Assembly (NCBI GenBank): GCA_943789275.1
Contig: CALSTM010000002.1
Span: 330,001 to 362,000, forward strand
Direction: 5' to 3'
Source: Candidatus Poseidoniaceae archaeon
Lineage (GTDB): Archaea; Thermoplasmatota; Poseidoniia; Poseidoniales; Poseidoniaceae
DNA: 32,000 bases
The notes below the pieces were generated by a model, which saw only the letters and a list, made by a program, of their open reading frames with translations, made no database searches and was not told the DNA's origin. The position numbers and the translations under genes were made by a program. Below, piece by piece: positions 16,607 through 24,761 of this stretch; the stretch's first letter is position 1; the number at the start of each line of letters is the position of its first letter.

Positions 16607-17716
16607 ATGGACTTAGACCGTCACGATTTTCAATTGACTGAATTAATGGAACGAATTCAAGCGAACGATAATCGCTTGATTGCTCTTCAAGTCCCCGAAG
16701 GACTGAAAATGCAAGCCCTCGAAATGATGGACTCCATCGAAACAGAAACCAGTGCGAAAGTGATCTTGGCCGCTGACCCGTGTTACGGTGCTTGTGATTT
16801 GGTCCATGATAAAATGCAGATGATGGGTGTCGAACTTGTCGCTCACATGGGCCATTCACAAATGAACATCGATTCTGGAATGCCAACGCAATTCATTGAT
16901 GTCACCTATGACGGAGACCCTGAACTCAAACCAGTACTTGCTTACTTAGAGGCACACAGAGCAATGGCACGTGATCGAATGCACAACCAACCGGCGCCAG
17001 AAGCACTGTCTGAGGAAGAAGCACAGGACCGATTCATGGACGCTGTTGGGCGACTCGCCCCGCTGACTGGTACGAAACTTGGCTTGGTTGGTTCTATCCA
17101 GCATTTGCACCTGCTTCCCGACTTCCATGACCGATTGGAGAAAGCGGGCTTTGAGGTAGAGATTCCAATTGGTGGCGCACGGCTGTCTTTCCCAGGACAA
17201 GTCCTCGGTTGCAATTACTCAGGCGATGATGATTCCATCGGACACTACCTTTTCCTCGGTTCGGGCGACTTCCATCCGATTGGATTGGTACTTCACACTG
17301 GAAAACCTCTAGCAATGCTTGACCCGTACACGGGCGATGCCGAAGAAATGTCTCTTGAGAGAATTGAGCGTATACTCCGGCAGCGATTCGGACTGATTAT
17401 GGCCTCAGGAGAAGCACAACGTTTCGGCATCCTCATCGGAGAAAAGCCCGGACAGATGCGTCGTAGCTTGGCCTTGCGAATGAAGCGCCTGCTCGAAAAG
17501 CACGGAAAGAAAGGGTATTTGCTTGCTCTTGAGCACGTCGGTCCTGAACTGATTGACTTCTATCCAGTTGATGCCTTCGTGAACACGGCTTGCCCACGAA
17601 TTGCAATTGACGACGCTGTCCGATACCAAAAACCCCTCATCACACCCTTTGAGTTGGAAGTGGCTCTTGGTGAAAAGAAGTGGGAAACTGGCTATCAATT
17701 CGACGAGATACCCTGA
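16607..17716 (+). CDS. dph2: Diphthamide biosynthesis enzyme Dph2 (2-(3-amino-3-carboxypropyl)histidine synthase)
   Basis: IALQVPEGLK is present. Three Cys-containing blocks sit at the expected Fe-S ligand positions: ADPCYGACDL, QVLGCNYS and NTACPRIAIDD. I prefer the ATG at 16607 over the TTG at 16595. Confidence 0.85.
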   Translation: MDLDRHDFQLTELMERIQANDNRLIALQVPEGLKMQALEMMDSIETETSAKVILAADPCYGACDLVHDKMQMMGVELVAHMGHSQMNIDSGMPTQFIDVTYDGDPELKPVLAYLEAHRAMARDRMHNQPAPEALSEEEAQDRFMDAVGRLAPLTGTKLGLVGSIQHLHLLPDFHDRLEKAGFEVEIPIGGARLSFPGQVLGCNYSGDDDSIGHYLFLGSGDFHPIGLVLHTGKPLAMLDPYTGDAEEMSLERIERILRQRFGLIMASGEAQRFGILIGEKPGQMRRSLALRMKRLLEKHGKKGYLLALEHVGPELIDFYPVDAFVNTACPRIAIDDAVRYQKPLITPFELEVALGEKKWETGYQFDEIP

Positions 17717-17768
17717 GTGACAACAATTTTGCTCACAATTCACGCTGTTTCAGATGAAATGAAACCGT

Positions 17769-19001
17769 ATGTTCAATAACGGTTGGCGAAAGCCTTCCGA
17801 TGTTATGAGTAACTACCTCGACCGAATTGGCGCTGGCTGGGTACTGGCGAATCCCGAAGTGTTCAACTTCGATTATGTCCCAGATGAACTGGTTGGCAGA
17901 GAAGATGTTCAAAACGAGTTGGCCTCCAAATTCACCACACTTCATTTGCCTGAAGGCTCGGGCCGCGTGGTCATTACTGGTCCAGTCGGCAGTGGAAAAA
18001 CCGCACTTGCTCAAACTTTTTGCCGTGACATACAACGTCATCTCTCCAACAAGAGGAACATTCGTTCTGTACACGTCAACTGTCGCAACGCTTCAACGAG
18101 CATGCGCGTTGTTCAGCGCATCTTGCACGAATTAGCACCCGGTCATCCAGACCGTGGACTCTCAATGGGAGAACTGTTGATGAGCCTACGGCGTATTCTG
18201 CGCAAGGAAACATCTCATCTCATCGTTGTCCTGGATGAAGTGGACCATATGCTGCGCCGTTCAGGCGATGACCTGCTATACCAACTGTTACGTATCGACG
18301 AGGATCAAAGTGGAAAGGGTACACTGTCGCTCATCCTCATCAGCCAAGAACAGGTTCTTGATGTACTGGAAACCGCCGTCATCTCGAGAATGGGGAGTAC
18401 CAATCATCTTCGAGTTAAACCGTACGGCATCGAAGGTCTTGCTGCGATTGCAACACAACGAGCAATACAAGGATTGGTGCCGGGGACATGGACACCCGAA
18501 ATTATTCGTATTTTGGCTGAAAAAGCGGCGATAACCGGCGATGCTCGGCGAGTGATTGAATTACTCAATGCAGCGGTGGAACGATGTGAATTCCGCCAAG
18601 ATGCTCACACTGAACGACGGCTTATCATCGACGATATTCACGTCCCGCTCAACAAAGAACCAACAACGTCGGGAAGTAATCTTGAACACATCGATGACCT
18701 CAATCCAAATGCAATGTTGGTGCTTCTGGCTTTGTGCAGACGATTGACAAAAGAAGAGTCGATGACAACCGGTGATGTCGAGCAACTCTACGCCGTAGTT
18801 TGTGAGGAGTATGAACAAAAAATGAAGAGTCATACCACGGTTTGGAAATATTTGAAAGATTTTGAAGAGCGCCAAATCATCTCTTCCAGGGTGGCTACAA
18901 TCACCGGTGGAAGGGGGCGGACAACTCATCTGAGCATGCCACATTTCCTACCAAAAGACCTCGCCAGTCGGCTCGAAATGCTGTTGAAAAAGAGATTTTG
19001 A
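17769..19001 (+). CDS. cdc6: Orc1/Cdc6 replication initiator (AAA+ with C-terminal winged helix)
   Basis: DYVPDELVGREDVQNEL, Walker A GPVGSGKT, Walker B VVLDEVDHM, GDARRVIELLNAA and a C-terminal wH region (TTGDVEQLYAVVCEEY...ITGGRGRTTHLSM). Confidence 0.9.
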   Translation: MFNNGWRKPSDVMSNYLDRIGAGWVLANPEVFNFDYVPDELVGREDVQNELASKFTTLHLPEGSGRVVITGPVGSGKTALAQTFCRDIQRHLSNKRNIRSVHVNCRNASTSMRVVQRILHELAPGHPDRGLSMGELLMSLRRILRKETSHLIVVLDEVDHMLRRSGDDLLYQLLRIDEDQSGKGTLSLILISQEQVLDVLETAVISRMGSTNHLRVKPYGIEGLAAIATQRAIQGLVPGTWTPEIIRILAEKAAITGDARRVIELLNAAVERCEFRQDAHTERRLIIDDIHVPLNKEPTTSGSNLEHIDDLNPNAMLVLLALCRRLTKEESMTTGDVEQLYAVVCEEYEQKMKSHTTVWKYLKDFEERQIISSRVATITGGRGRTTHLSMPHFLPKDLASRLEMLLKKRF

Positions 19002-19080
19002 CGCGTCTTTTGTCAGTTGCGTCCATACGGTGGGGCTAAATAGAGGACGATAGTCGCAAGGGCGTTCTTGAAGTGATATT

Positions 19081-19569
19081 ATGGCTGTTGGACAACAAGG
19101 AGAATTCGTCGCAGTAGTGAATGACACCGACCCGAAGAACGGCGGTAAGTCATATTCACTCAAAATTAGTGGAAACAATCACGCCCAATTGTTGGGTAAG
19201 AAAATCGGCGATACCGTCGACGGAATCTTCATCGGAGAAGGCGAACAAACACTTTCCGGATACAAACTCCAAATTACCGGTGGGTCCGACAAAACTGGAA
19301 CACCTCTTCGTCGAGACCTTGAAGGTGGCCGCCGTCAAGCAATCTTGGTCACCCGCTCAACTGGTTTCAAGGGACACAGTCTCGTCTTCAAGAACAAAGG
19401 TGGCGAAAAGAAGCGATTCCGCTACAAGCCTGACGGCCTCCGTAAGCGACGTTTCTTCCGTGGCAACACCATCAGCCAAGATACCCGCCAAATCAATCTC
19501 AAAGTCATCGAAGCTGGTAAGAAGTCACTCGGCGACATCCTCGCAAAGCCAGAGGAAGCATCGGAGTGA
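19081..19569 (+). CDS. rps6e: 30S ribosomal protein S6e (eS6)
   Basis: GYKLQITGGSDKTGTPLRRDLEG, TGFKG, RKRRFFRGNTISQDTRQINLKVI. Confidence 0.9.
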   Translation: MAVGQQGEFVAVVNDTDPKNGGKSYSLKISGNNHAQLLGKKIGDTVDGIFIGEGEQTLSGYKLQITGGSDKTGTPLRRDLEGGRRQAILVTRSTGFKGHSLVFKNKGGEKKRFRYKPDGLRKRRFFRGNTISQDTRQINLKVIEAGKKSLGDILAKPEEASE

Positions 19570-19607
19570 AACCCGAGAGGGCTTTCGTAGAACAGGAGTG
19601 AGGAAGC

Positions 19608-20846
19608 ATGGCACGAAAGCTTCCCGCACAACCTGAAATCAACATTGGTCTTGTCGGCCACGTTGACCACGGCAAAACAACCCTCACCCAAGCATTATCC
19701 GGTATTTGGACCGATACCCATTCTGAAGAAAGAAAACGTGGTATTTCGATTAAACTCGGCTATGCAGATACCGCCTTTTACAAAACCAAAGAAGGACAAT
19801 ACTACGCCACTGGCCGCCATCCCGAAGGCAAAGAAGACGAACCAAAAGAATTGGAACGGGTAATCTCCTTTGTCGACGCTCCTGGCCACGAGACACTGAT
19901 GGCCATCATGATCACTGGTGCATCAATTATGGATGGAGCAATGCTGATGGTTGCTGCAAACGAAACATGCCCACAACCGCAAACGCGAGAACATTTAATG
20001 GCCCTTGAAATCGCAGGCATTGAGAACATCGTCATCGTTCAAAACAAAATTGACCTGGTTACGAAGGAACGTGCACTGGAATCCTATGCTGAAGTCAAAG
20101 ATTTCCTCAAAGGCACCATCGCAGAAAATGCTCCAATTATCCCTGTTTCCGCTCACCACGATGTCAACTTGGATATTCTCATCGATGCCATCGAGAAGAC
20201 CATTCCAACTCCTGATCGCTCTCAACACAAGCGTTCAATCATGCACGTTGCTCGCTCATTCGACATCAACAGGCCCGGTACTCGGCCGACAAAACTCCGA
20301 GGTGGAGTCATCGGTGGAAGTATCATCGAAGGAAACTTCGACATTGGCGATGAAATCATCATTGGTCCCGGTCGTAAGGTCGAAAACGGTTCGAAAACAA
20401 CATGGGAGCCAATCGAAGCGACCGTCAAGAGTATGCAAGGCGGTGGATTGGATCTTGAAAGCATGCATTCTGGCGGTCTATGCGGTATGGCAACTATGCT
20501 CGACCCGTCGATTACGACTTCAGATAACCTGTCTGGACAAGTTGTCGCACGTAAGGGTGACCTCCCTGAAGTTCGTAATTCAATTTCAATCGACATCAAC
20601 CTGATGAAAACAATGGTTGCCGGAGAAGGTGAAGCACCGGAAAAAATCTATCCACTTCGAAACAACGAGATGTTGATGATTAACGTTGCAACTGCAACAT
20701 CAGTTGGTGTTACCAAAAATTCAGAAAAAGGCAAGGCAACACTCGACTTACGTCTCCCGATTTGTGCGGATACTGGGCAGCGAGTTTCGCTTTCCCGACG
20801 AGTTGGTTCTCGCTGGCGCCTCATTGGATACGGAACAATTCTATGA
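19608..20846 (+). CDS. eif2g: Translation initiation factor aIF2 gamma subunit
   Basis: NIGLVGHVDHGKTTLTQALSG, FVDAPGHE and VQNKIDL GTPase motifs, with aIF2-gamma-like domains II and III. An AGGAGTGAGG SD lies upstream. Confidence 0.95.
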   Translation: MARKLPAQPEINIGLVGHVDHGKTTLTQALSGIWTDTHSEERKRGISIKLGYADTAFYKTKEGQYYATGRHPEGKEDEPKELERVISFVDAPGHETLMAIMITGASIMDGAMLMVAANETCPQPQTREHLMALEIAGIENIVIVQNKIDLVTKERALESYAEVKDFLKGTIAENAPIIPVSAHHDVNLDILIDAIEKTIPTPDRSQHKRSIMHVARSFDINRPGTRPTKLRGGVIGGSIIEGNFDIGDEIIIGPGRKVENGSKTTWEPIEATVKSMQGGGLDLESMHSGGLCGMATMLDPSITTSDNLSGQVVARKGDLPEVRNSISIDINLMKTMVAGEGEAPEKIYPLRNNEMLMINVATATSVGVTKNSEKGKATLDLRLPICADTGQRVSLSRRVGSRWRLIGYGTIL

Positions 20847-21256
20847 GCGTGAGCCAGTTGAAGGTGGTCATCTCTCAACAGGTTTTGGTCGACGCCTGTG
20901 GGTGGGCGGCCGTCATTGATTCAGGGATGAACATCGATACGGAAATGAACCGTGTGTTCGGACCTGCTCAACTTCGACTTCTTGACAGTGTGAAGCAAGA
21001 AATCGAACGACTCAACGAAGAACGACCTCGGAAAAAGAATCTACTCCTCCCTCTCTTAGAACAAAAATCTGAATCAATCGAGGCCTTAATCAGTGATTCA
21101 GAACATGCAGACGACCAGTTGTTTGAATTGGCATCGGAACTGAAAATACCGGTTCTTACTGTTGATGTCGATTTGAAGCGAAGACTCTACAATGCGGATT
21201 TACCCATTCTGGAAGTGAGTAAAAACCAACGTCTCCAACTGGTTGAATCTCTATAG
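20843..21256 (+). CDS. PIN-domain protein (Fcf1/Utp24-like, COG1412-type) coupled to aIF2-gamma
   Basis: The ATG at 20843 overlaps the eif2g stop (ATGA). Blocks VLVDACGW, LDSVKQEIERL, HADDQLFELA and VLTVDVDLKRRL fit the PIN pattern. The position downstream of eif2g matches the conserved archaeal gene order. The track ORF from 20762 is an implausible N-terminal extension inside eif2g. Confidence 0.6.
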   Translation: MSVSQLKVVISQQVLVDACGWAAVIDSGMNIDTEMNRVFGPAQLRLLDSVKQEIERLNEERPRKKNLLLPLLEQKSESIEALISDSEHADDQLFELASELKIPVLTVDVDLKRRLYNADLPILEVSKNQRLQLVESL

Positions 21257-21276
21257 AACAAGTAGTTGGGATTCGT

Positions 21277-21576
21277 TCATGGTAAAGTGAACAGAACATC
21301 ATCCCCGTGTCCATCGAGAAGACCAATCTTGACACCTGCGTCAATCCAAGCATGAGCGTAGTTAATTGCTCCAAAAGCCCGAACATGGTCTCCGATCGAT
21401 AAAAAGTGAGCCGCATCTGAAGCATAATCGTCTGCCATTCGCATCATAACGGCTAATTTTTGGGCATCTGCACTGCCTTGCTCACAAAGTGAAGTCGCCT
21501 TTGCTCGTGCTCTCTTGGTGATGTCGAGATACTTCTCAACACGCTCTGTAGTGACCGTTTTCATGTCTTCACTCAT
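21277..21576 (-). CDS. Small DUF357-like archaeal protein
   Basis: The pattern DYASDAAHFLSIGDHVRAFGAINYAHAWIDAGVKIGLL resembles the DUF357 signature (Y..Da..f...gD...Al....Ya.g.lDa) as I recall it. An AAGGAGGGTGGAG SD lies upstream. The start overlaps the upstream stop (ATGA at 21573-21576). Confidence 0.45.
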   Translation of the reverse strand: MSEDMKTVTTERVEKYLDITKRARAKATSLCEQGSADAQKLAVMMRMADDYASDAAHFLSIGDHVRAFGAINYAHAWIDAGVKIGLLDGHGDDVLFTLP

Positions 21577-22622
21577 TCTCCACCCTCCTTTTGGCGTTTC
21601 AAAAGCCGTCGTACATCCTCTGTACGACCGAGGGCTCCATAGAGTTCAACCGCTCGTGAAAGTCGTCCTTCGTCTTCAGCTGTTTGTGCACGCATGAACA
21701 ACGCCTTACGTTCTTCCCAATTCTTTGCTAATGCGGCTTCTGCAGCCGCTTGATAACGGCCTTGTCGTTCTGATTGGGCCAGATGCGGAGCTGTCCACCG
21801 TCGGATCAGGCCCGCTCGTGTTGCAGTCACCATCGTATCCGGAGTAAGACCAATCAATAGGTCGCCGAGGTCCATTGATTCACCAAGCAAAGAAAGGGCT
21901 TGGTTGTCTTCATGTGCTGAAAGGTGATGAAGGTGCCCTTCAATGCCGAGTACCCACCATCCATCCGCACTTCGAACGCCTTCCATAGGCTCCAGTGATT
22001 CGTATTCAATTCGTTCCAGTGCATCCCACCCAAACGGATGCGGTACACCTTCCCAAATGCCACCGTCGCTTGATTGCATCAATAATCGACCGTTCATGAG
22101 CGGAGTAACCCAACTCCATACTCGGTCTTCGAGAACTCGTTTCTGGTCGCTTTGAGCCAGGCGAGCGCACCAGAGTTTGCCTTCAGCGTCTTGCCACATC
22201 ATGTGTTCACGGTCAAGCCAGCCAAGCAAACGACGAACTTTACCGCTATCGAGCCTACGAAGGCCTGTTCCTTCGTGCGTAAACAAATGCAGGTGCCCTT
22301 CACGCCCAGACAGAATCCAACCGCCTCCAGGACGTGCCAGAAGTTCAGCAAACCCACCGGGTGTCGAACGGCCTTCATGAAGTAAAGAACCATCCGATGT
22401 CGAAAGAACATAGAATCCATGCGCTGCTAAAATTCCGAGTACGCCGTTGTTGGCTTGAGCACAATGTGCTTTGAACGGTAACTCTACCTTCCATCGGACC
22501 GAACCATCTGCTTCGATCATGAACAAATCTAATCCACTGCTGACCACCATGCCCCCTTCAACAGGAGCGAGTGCAGCAATGCGTTGAGGTGCTTGCCACG
22601 ACCATGTGATTGACCACGACAT
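21573..22622 (-). CDS. Cytoplasmic beta-propeller (PQQ-like repeat) protein with a C-terminal helical, TPR-like tail
   Basis: It has repeating blade-like units: GGMVVSSGLDLFMIEADGSVRWK, NGVLGILAAHGFYVLSTSDGSLL, GGGWILSGREGHLHLFTHEG, NGRLLMQSSDGGIWEG and ADGWWVLGIEGHLHHLSAHED. There is no signal peptide. The C-terminus is FMRAQTAEDEGRLSRAVELYGALGRTEDVRRLLKRQ. Confidence 0.6.
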   Translation of the reverse strand: MSWSITWSWQAPQRIAALAPVEGGMVVSSGLDLFMIEADGSVRWKVELPFKAHCAQANNGVLGILAAHGFYVLSTSDGSLLHEGRSTPGGFAELLARPGGGWILSGREGHLHLFTHEGTGLRRLDSGKVRRLLGWLDREHMMWQDAEGKLWCARLAQSDQKRVLEDRVWSWVTPLMNGRLLMQSSDGGIWEGVPHPFGWDALERIEYESLEPMEGVRSADGWWVLGIEGHLHHLSAHEDNQALSLLGESMDLGDLLIGLTPDTMVTATRAGLIRRWTAPHLAQSERQGRYQAAAEAALAKNWEERKALFMRAQTAEDEGRLSRAVELYGALGRTEDVRRLLKRQKEGGE

Positions 22623-24517
22623 CAGACATCACCCCCGAGTACTTTCCAAGCGATCAGTTGGGCACGAGCAGCCTGCGTCAATTCGTAGTATCTGTTTCGT
22701 CCAATGGTTCGAACGCTCAACACACCGCCTTTGAGAAGACGGTTGCTAATTTGAGAGAGGCGAGCCCGTTTGATGCTTAATTGCGTTAGTATTTCTTCAT
22801 CGGATGGAGAAAAACGCCGGTCGTTAGCAACGGAAATCACAATCATCTCGTGGCTGGTGAGCGTCGATAAAAGCGAGGTGTTCAATGCATAGTCTTGTTT
22901 TTTCCCTGTTGGTTTTCGCTGTAAAGCCTCCAAAGCATCAACCAATTTTCGACGATTCACGACCGTATCAAGGCCGTCCGAAGGCTGGAGAGCAAGTTGC
23001 AATGCCTTCATCACAGGAACCATTCCTGCAAGTTCGCTCAACAAGCCATTTGGGGCCTGCGAAGGTTGTTCTGATGGTTCGATATGCTCCGGTCCAGACT
23101 CAAACAATTGCTCAATTGGAGTTGGTTCCAACTCTTCATGTTCAAAGAAGCCCACTTCATCATGGAGCAAGAAAGCCGAATCGTCCTCCGAAATCACTTC
23201 TTCCTTTGGCTCAGGAGGCCTGAGTGAAGGGTCTTCCCACAATTCCGCACCTTCGGCTGAATCAACCAATTCTTCCTCTGGAGCCTCGGCATCGGAAACT
23301 TCAGCGTACGATTGGTCGGTAAAGGCTCGATTTCGAGCGAATAAACCCGTCATGCCTTTGGTTGCTATCGGGTCAAGTGGCGGCCTCTGCATCGGTTCTG
23401 GTTTTGCTTTCGGTGGTGTTGCTGGATAGCCATCACGATAATTCTCAACCGCTTCCAAATCCTTCAATGCTTCCTGATTTTCTTGATCTTCGGTGAGTTG
23501 AGCGAGATTCAAATCGAAACTGTTGTTCATGTCTTCTAGACTCTCCATGATTTTGGCATCTTGAACCTCCTGCAGCGTCTGGAATTCCGAGTCTTCATTG
23601 GGCAGGTCTGGTTGCTCAAAGGATGCCTCTTCTTCAGCAGCAAACATAGATTCGAAGGTAGGATGGATTTGAGGCTCAACCGATGGCGGAGTAAACTGAG
23701 GTTCTGAAACAGGTGTTGCTTGGTCGTATCTGGGGTCTACATAGGTGAATTGTGACATTTTGGCACTGTCAATGGCATCACGCATGACCCGAATGACTTC
23801 AGCTGGAAGACCGCTGGTCTGTTCCAGCAAATGTTCTGCGTCTTCAATCGCAAATGAAAACGCTTGACTGGTTGACTTTTCAATGCGTTTCTCAACAAGC
23901 AATTGAATTTCTTCTGCCGTCAAGTTTGGTAACGGGTTCATTTGCTCGAGGCGTTGGAGAATGGATGCGGGTAGCATGTTCTTATCCTTCGTTTCCAAGA
24001 CAACGACAATGACTGCTTGAAGTCGCTCGAGAAGCGGAAGTGTGTCTCGCAAGGCGACGTTGAGTGCCGAGATATCGACGGTAGATGCGTCGAGTACAAT
24101 CAAAGGCAAGGCCCCGGAAAAGTCTTGAGTAGCGCCTAATATTTGGCCAATAAGTTCGTTTCGATTCTCTGGAGGATTCGTATGCACAAAATGAGTGAAC
24201 ATTTCTTTCAGCAAATTCAGACCTGCGTTGGAATGAGAAATATGGTCAATGTAAATCGAAAGCGGGGCTGTTTCCGAGGCACAGCGAAGCAATGAAGTTC
24301 GCCCCGAACCGTGTTCCCCCATCAGCAAAATACGACGGGGTGAGCGGAATTTCATGTACTGTGAAAGGATCGTTAACATGTGGTTACGTCCAACAAGGAG
24401 ATTCGAATCGCTCGCTTCTAAGGGCAAAGTCGAGAATGGATTGGCGTCCATAGGAGGAAGGGTCATTTCTTTGCCAACAATTCGCATAATGGAGCCAATC
24501 CTCTTTGGGTATTTCAT
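22622..24517 (-). CDS. ORC/Cdc6-like AAA+ protein with degenerate Walker motifs, an acidic disordered linker of about 270 aa and a C-terminal winged HTH
   Basis: N-terminus: NPFSTLPL...LLVGRNHML...RRILLMGEHGSGRTSLLRC. The Walker A-like GEHGSGRT (nt 24296-24319) has Arg in place of Lys. The Walker B-like PLIVLDAS has no Glu. A lid-like region reads NPLPNLTAEEIQLLVEKRI...SGLPAEVIRVMRDAID. A long E/D/P-rich segment follows. The C-terminal LSIKRARLSQISNRLLKGGVLSVRTIGRNRYYELT is MarR/TrmB-like wHTH. Confidence 0.65.
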   Translation of the reverse strand: MKYPKRIGSIMRIVGKEMTLPPMDANPFSTLPLEASDSNLLVGRNHMLTILSQYMKFRSPRRILLMGEHGSGRTSLLRCASETAPLSIYIDHISHSNAGLNLLKEMFTHFVHTNPPENRNELIGQILGATQDFSGALPLIVLDASTVDISALNVALRDTLPLLERLQAVIVVVLETKDKNMLPASILQRLEQMNPLPNLTAEEIQLLVEKRIEKSTSQAFSFAIEDAEHLLEQTSGLPAEVIRVMRDAIDSAKMSQFTYVDPRYDQATPVSEPQFTPPSVEPQIHPTFESMFAAEEEASFEQPDLPNEDSEFQTLQEVQDAKIMESLEDMNNSFDLNLAQLTEDQENQEALKDLEAVENYRDGYPATPPKAKPEPMQRPPLDPIATKGMTGLFARNRAFTDQSYAEVSDAEAPEEELVDSAEGAELWEDPSLRPPEPKEEVISEDDSAFLLHDEVGFFEHEELEPTPIEQLFESGPEHIEPSEQPSQAPNGLLSELAGMVPVMKALQLALQPSDGLDTVVNRRKLVDALEALQRKPTGKKQDYALNTSLLSTLTSHEMIVISVANDRRFSPSDEEILTQLSIKRARLSQISNRLLKGGVLSVRTIGRNRYYELTQAARAQLIAWKVLGGDV

Positions 24518-24548
24518 GTTTCACTCTCATCAGAGGTGTAGTAGACCT

Positions 24549-24648
24549 GTTAGGACATGTTAACTGTGCGGCGGGATACGCTTTGGAAGCCTAATTAACG
24601 CACCACTAACGAGTTCTTAACGCGTTAATCGAACCGTTAAAACCGTTA
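24549..24648. promoter_or_regulatory. Array of GTTA(A/G) / (T/C)TAAC motifs in the divergent promoter region, including a 12-bp palindrome and a tandem 8-mer
   Basis: The motifs are GTTAG 24549-53, GTTAAC 24559-64, TTAAC 24595-99, CTAAC 24606-10 and the perfect palindrome TTAACGCGTTAA 24617-28. The tandem AACCGTTA lies at 24632-39 and 24641-48. The array sits in the largest non-coding stretch of the window, 24518-24761. Confidence 0.45.
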
Positions 24649-24761
24649 GAGGAGACAGAGAGATGGACAAGAACCTGAAGAAGAGGAAGCACACGCTTGA
24701 ATCAAGTATTGCCGATTGCTTGATGGGGTAAGGGCCCGTGGAGAGGACTGGTCGTGACCTT

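Noticed and set aside
19121-19636. 171-aa alternative-frame ORF over rps6e, and the 199-aa ORF 20005-20604 over eif2g
   Set aside because: They are completely nested in highly conserved ribosomal and initiation-factor genes. Their translations are S/T/R-rich with no motifs.
24527-24532. C-box-like TGATGA (minus strand), as a hint of a C/D box sRNA
   Set aside because: It lies only about 10 nt upstream of the start codon of the 631-aa gene. There is no matching D box (CTGA) or terminal stem at an appropriate distance.
24627-24635. tRNA T-loop-like GGTTCGATT on the minus strand
   Set aside because: The flanking bases cannot form a 5-bp T-stem (positions 53-61 would be a G-A pair). No acceptor or anticodon arms can be drawn, so this is not a tRNA.
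24518-24761. The largest intergenic region as a replication origin, given the adjacent ORC-like gene
   Set aside because: By eye, AT content is near the window average. There is no long AT-rich unwinding element and no long ORB-type inverted repeats, only short GTTAA-type motifs. I kept it as a regulatory-region finding instead.
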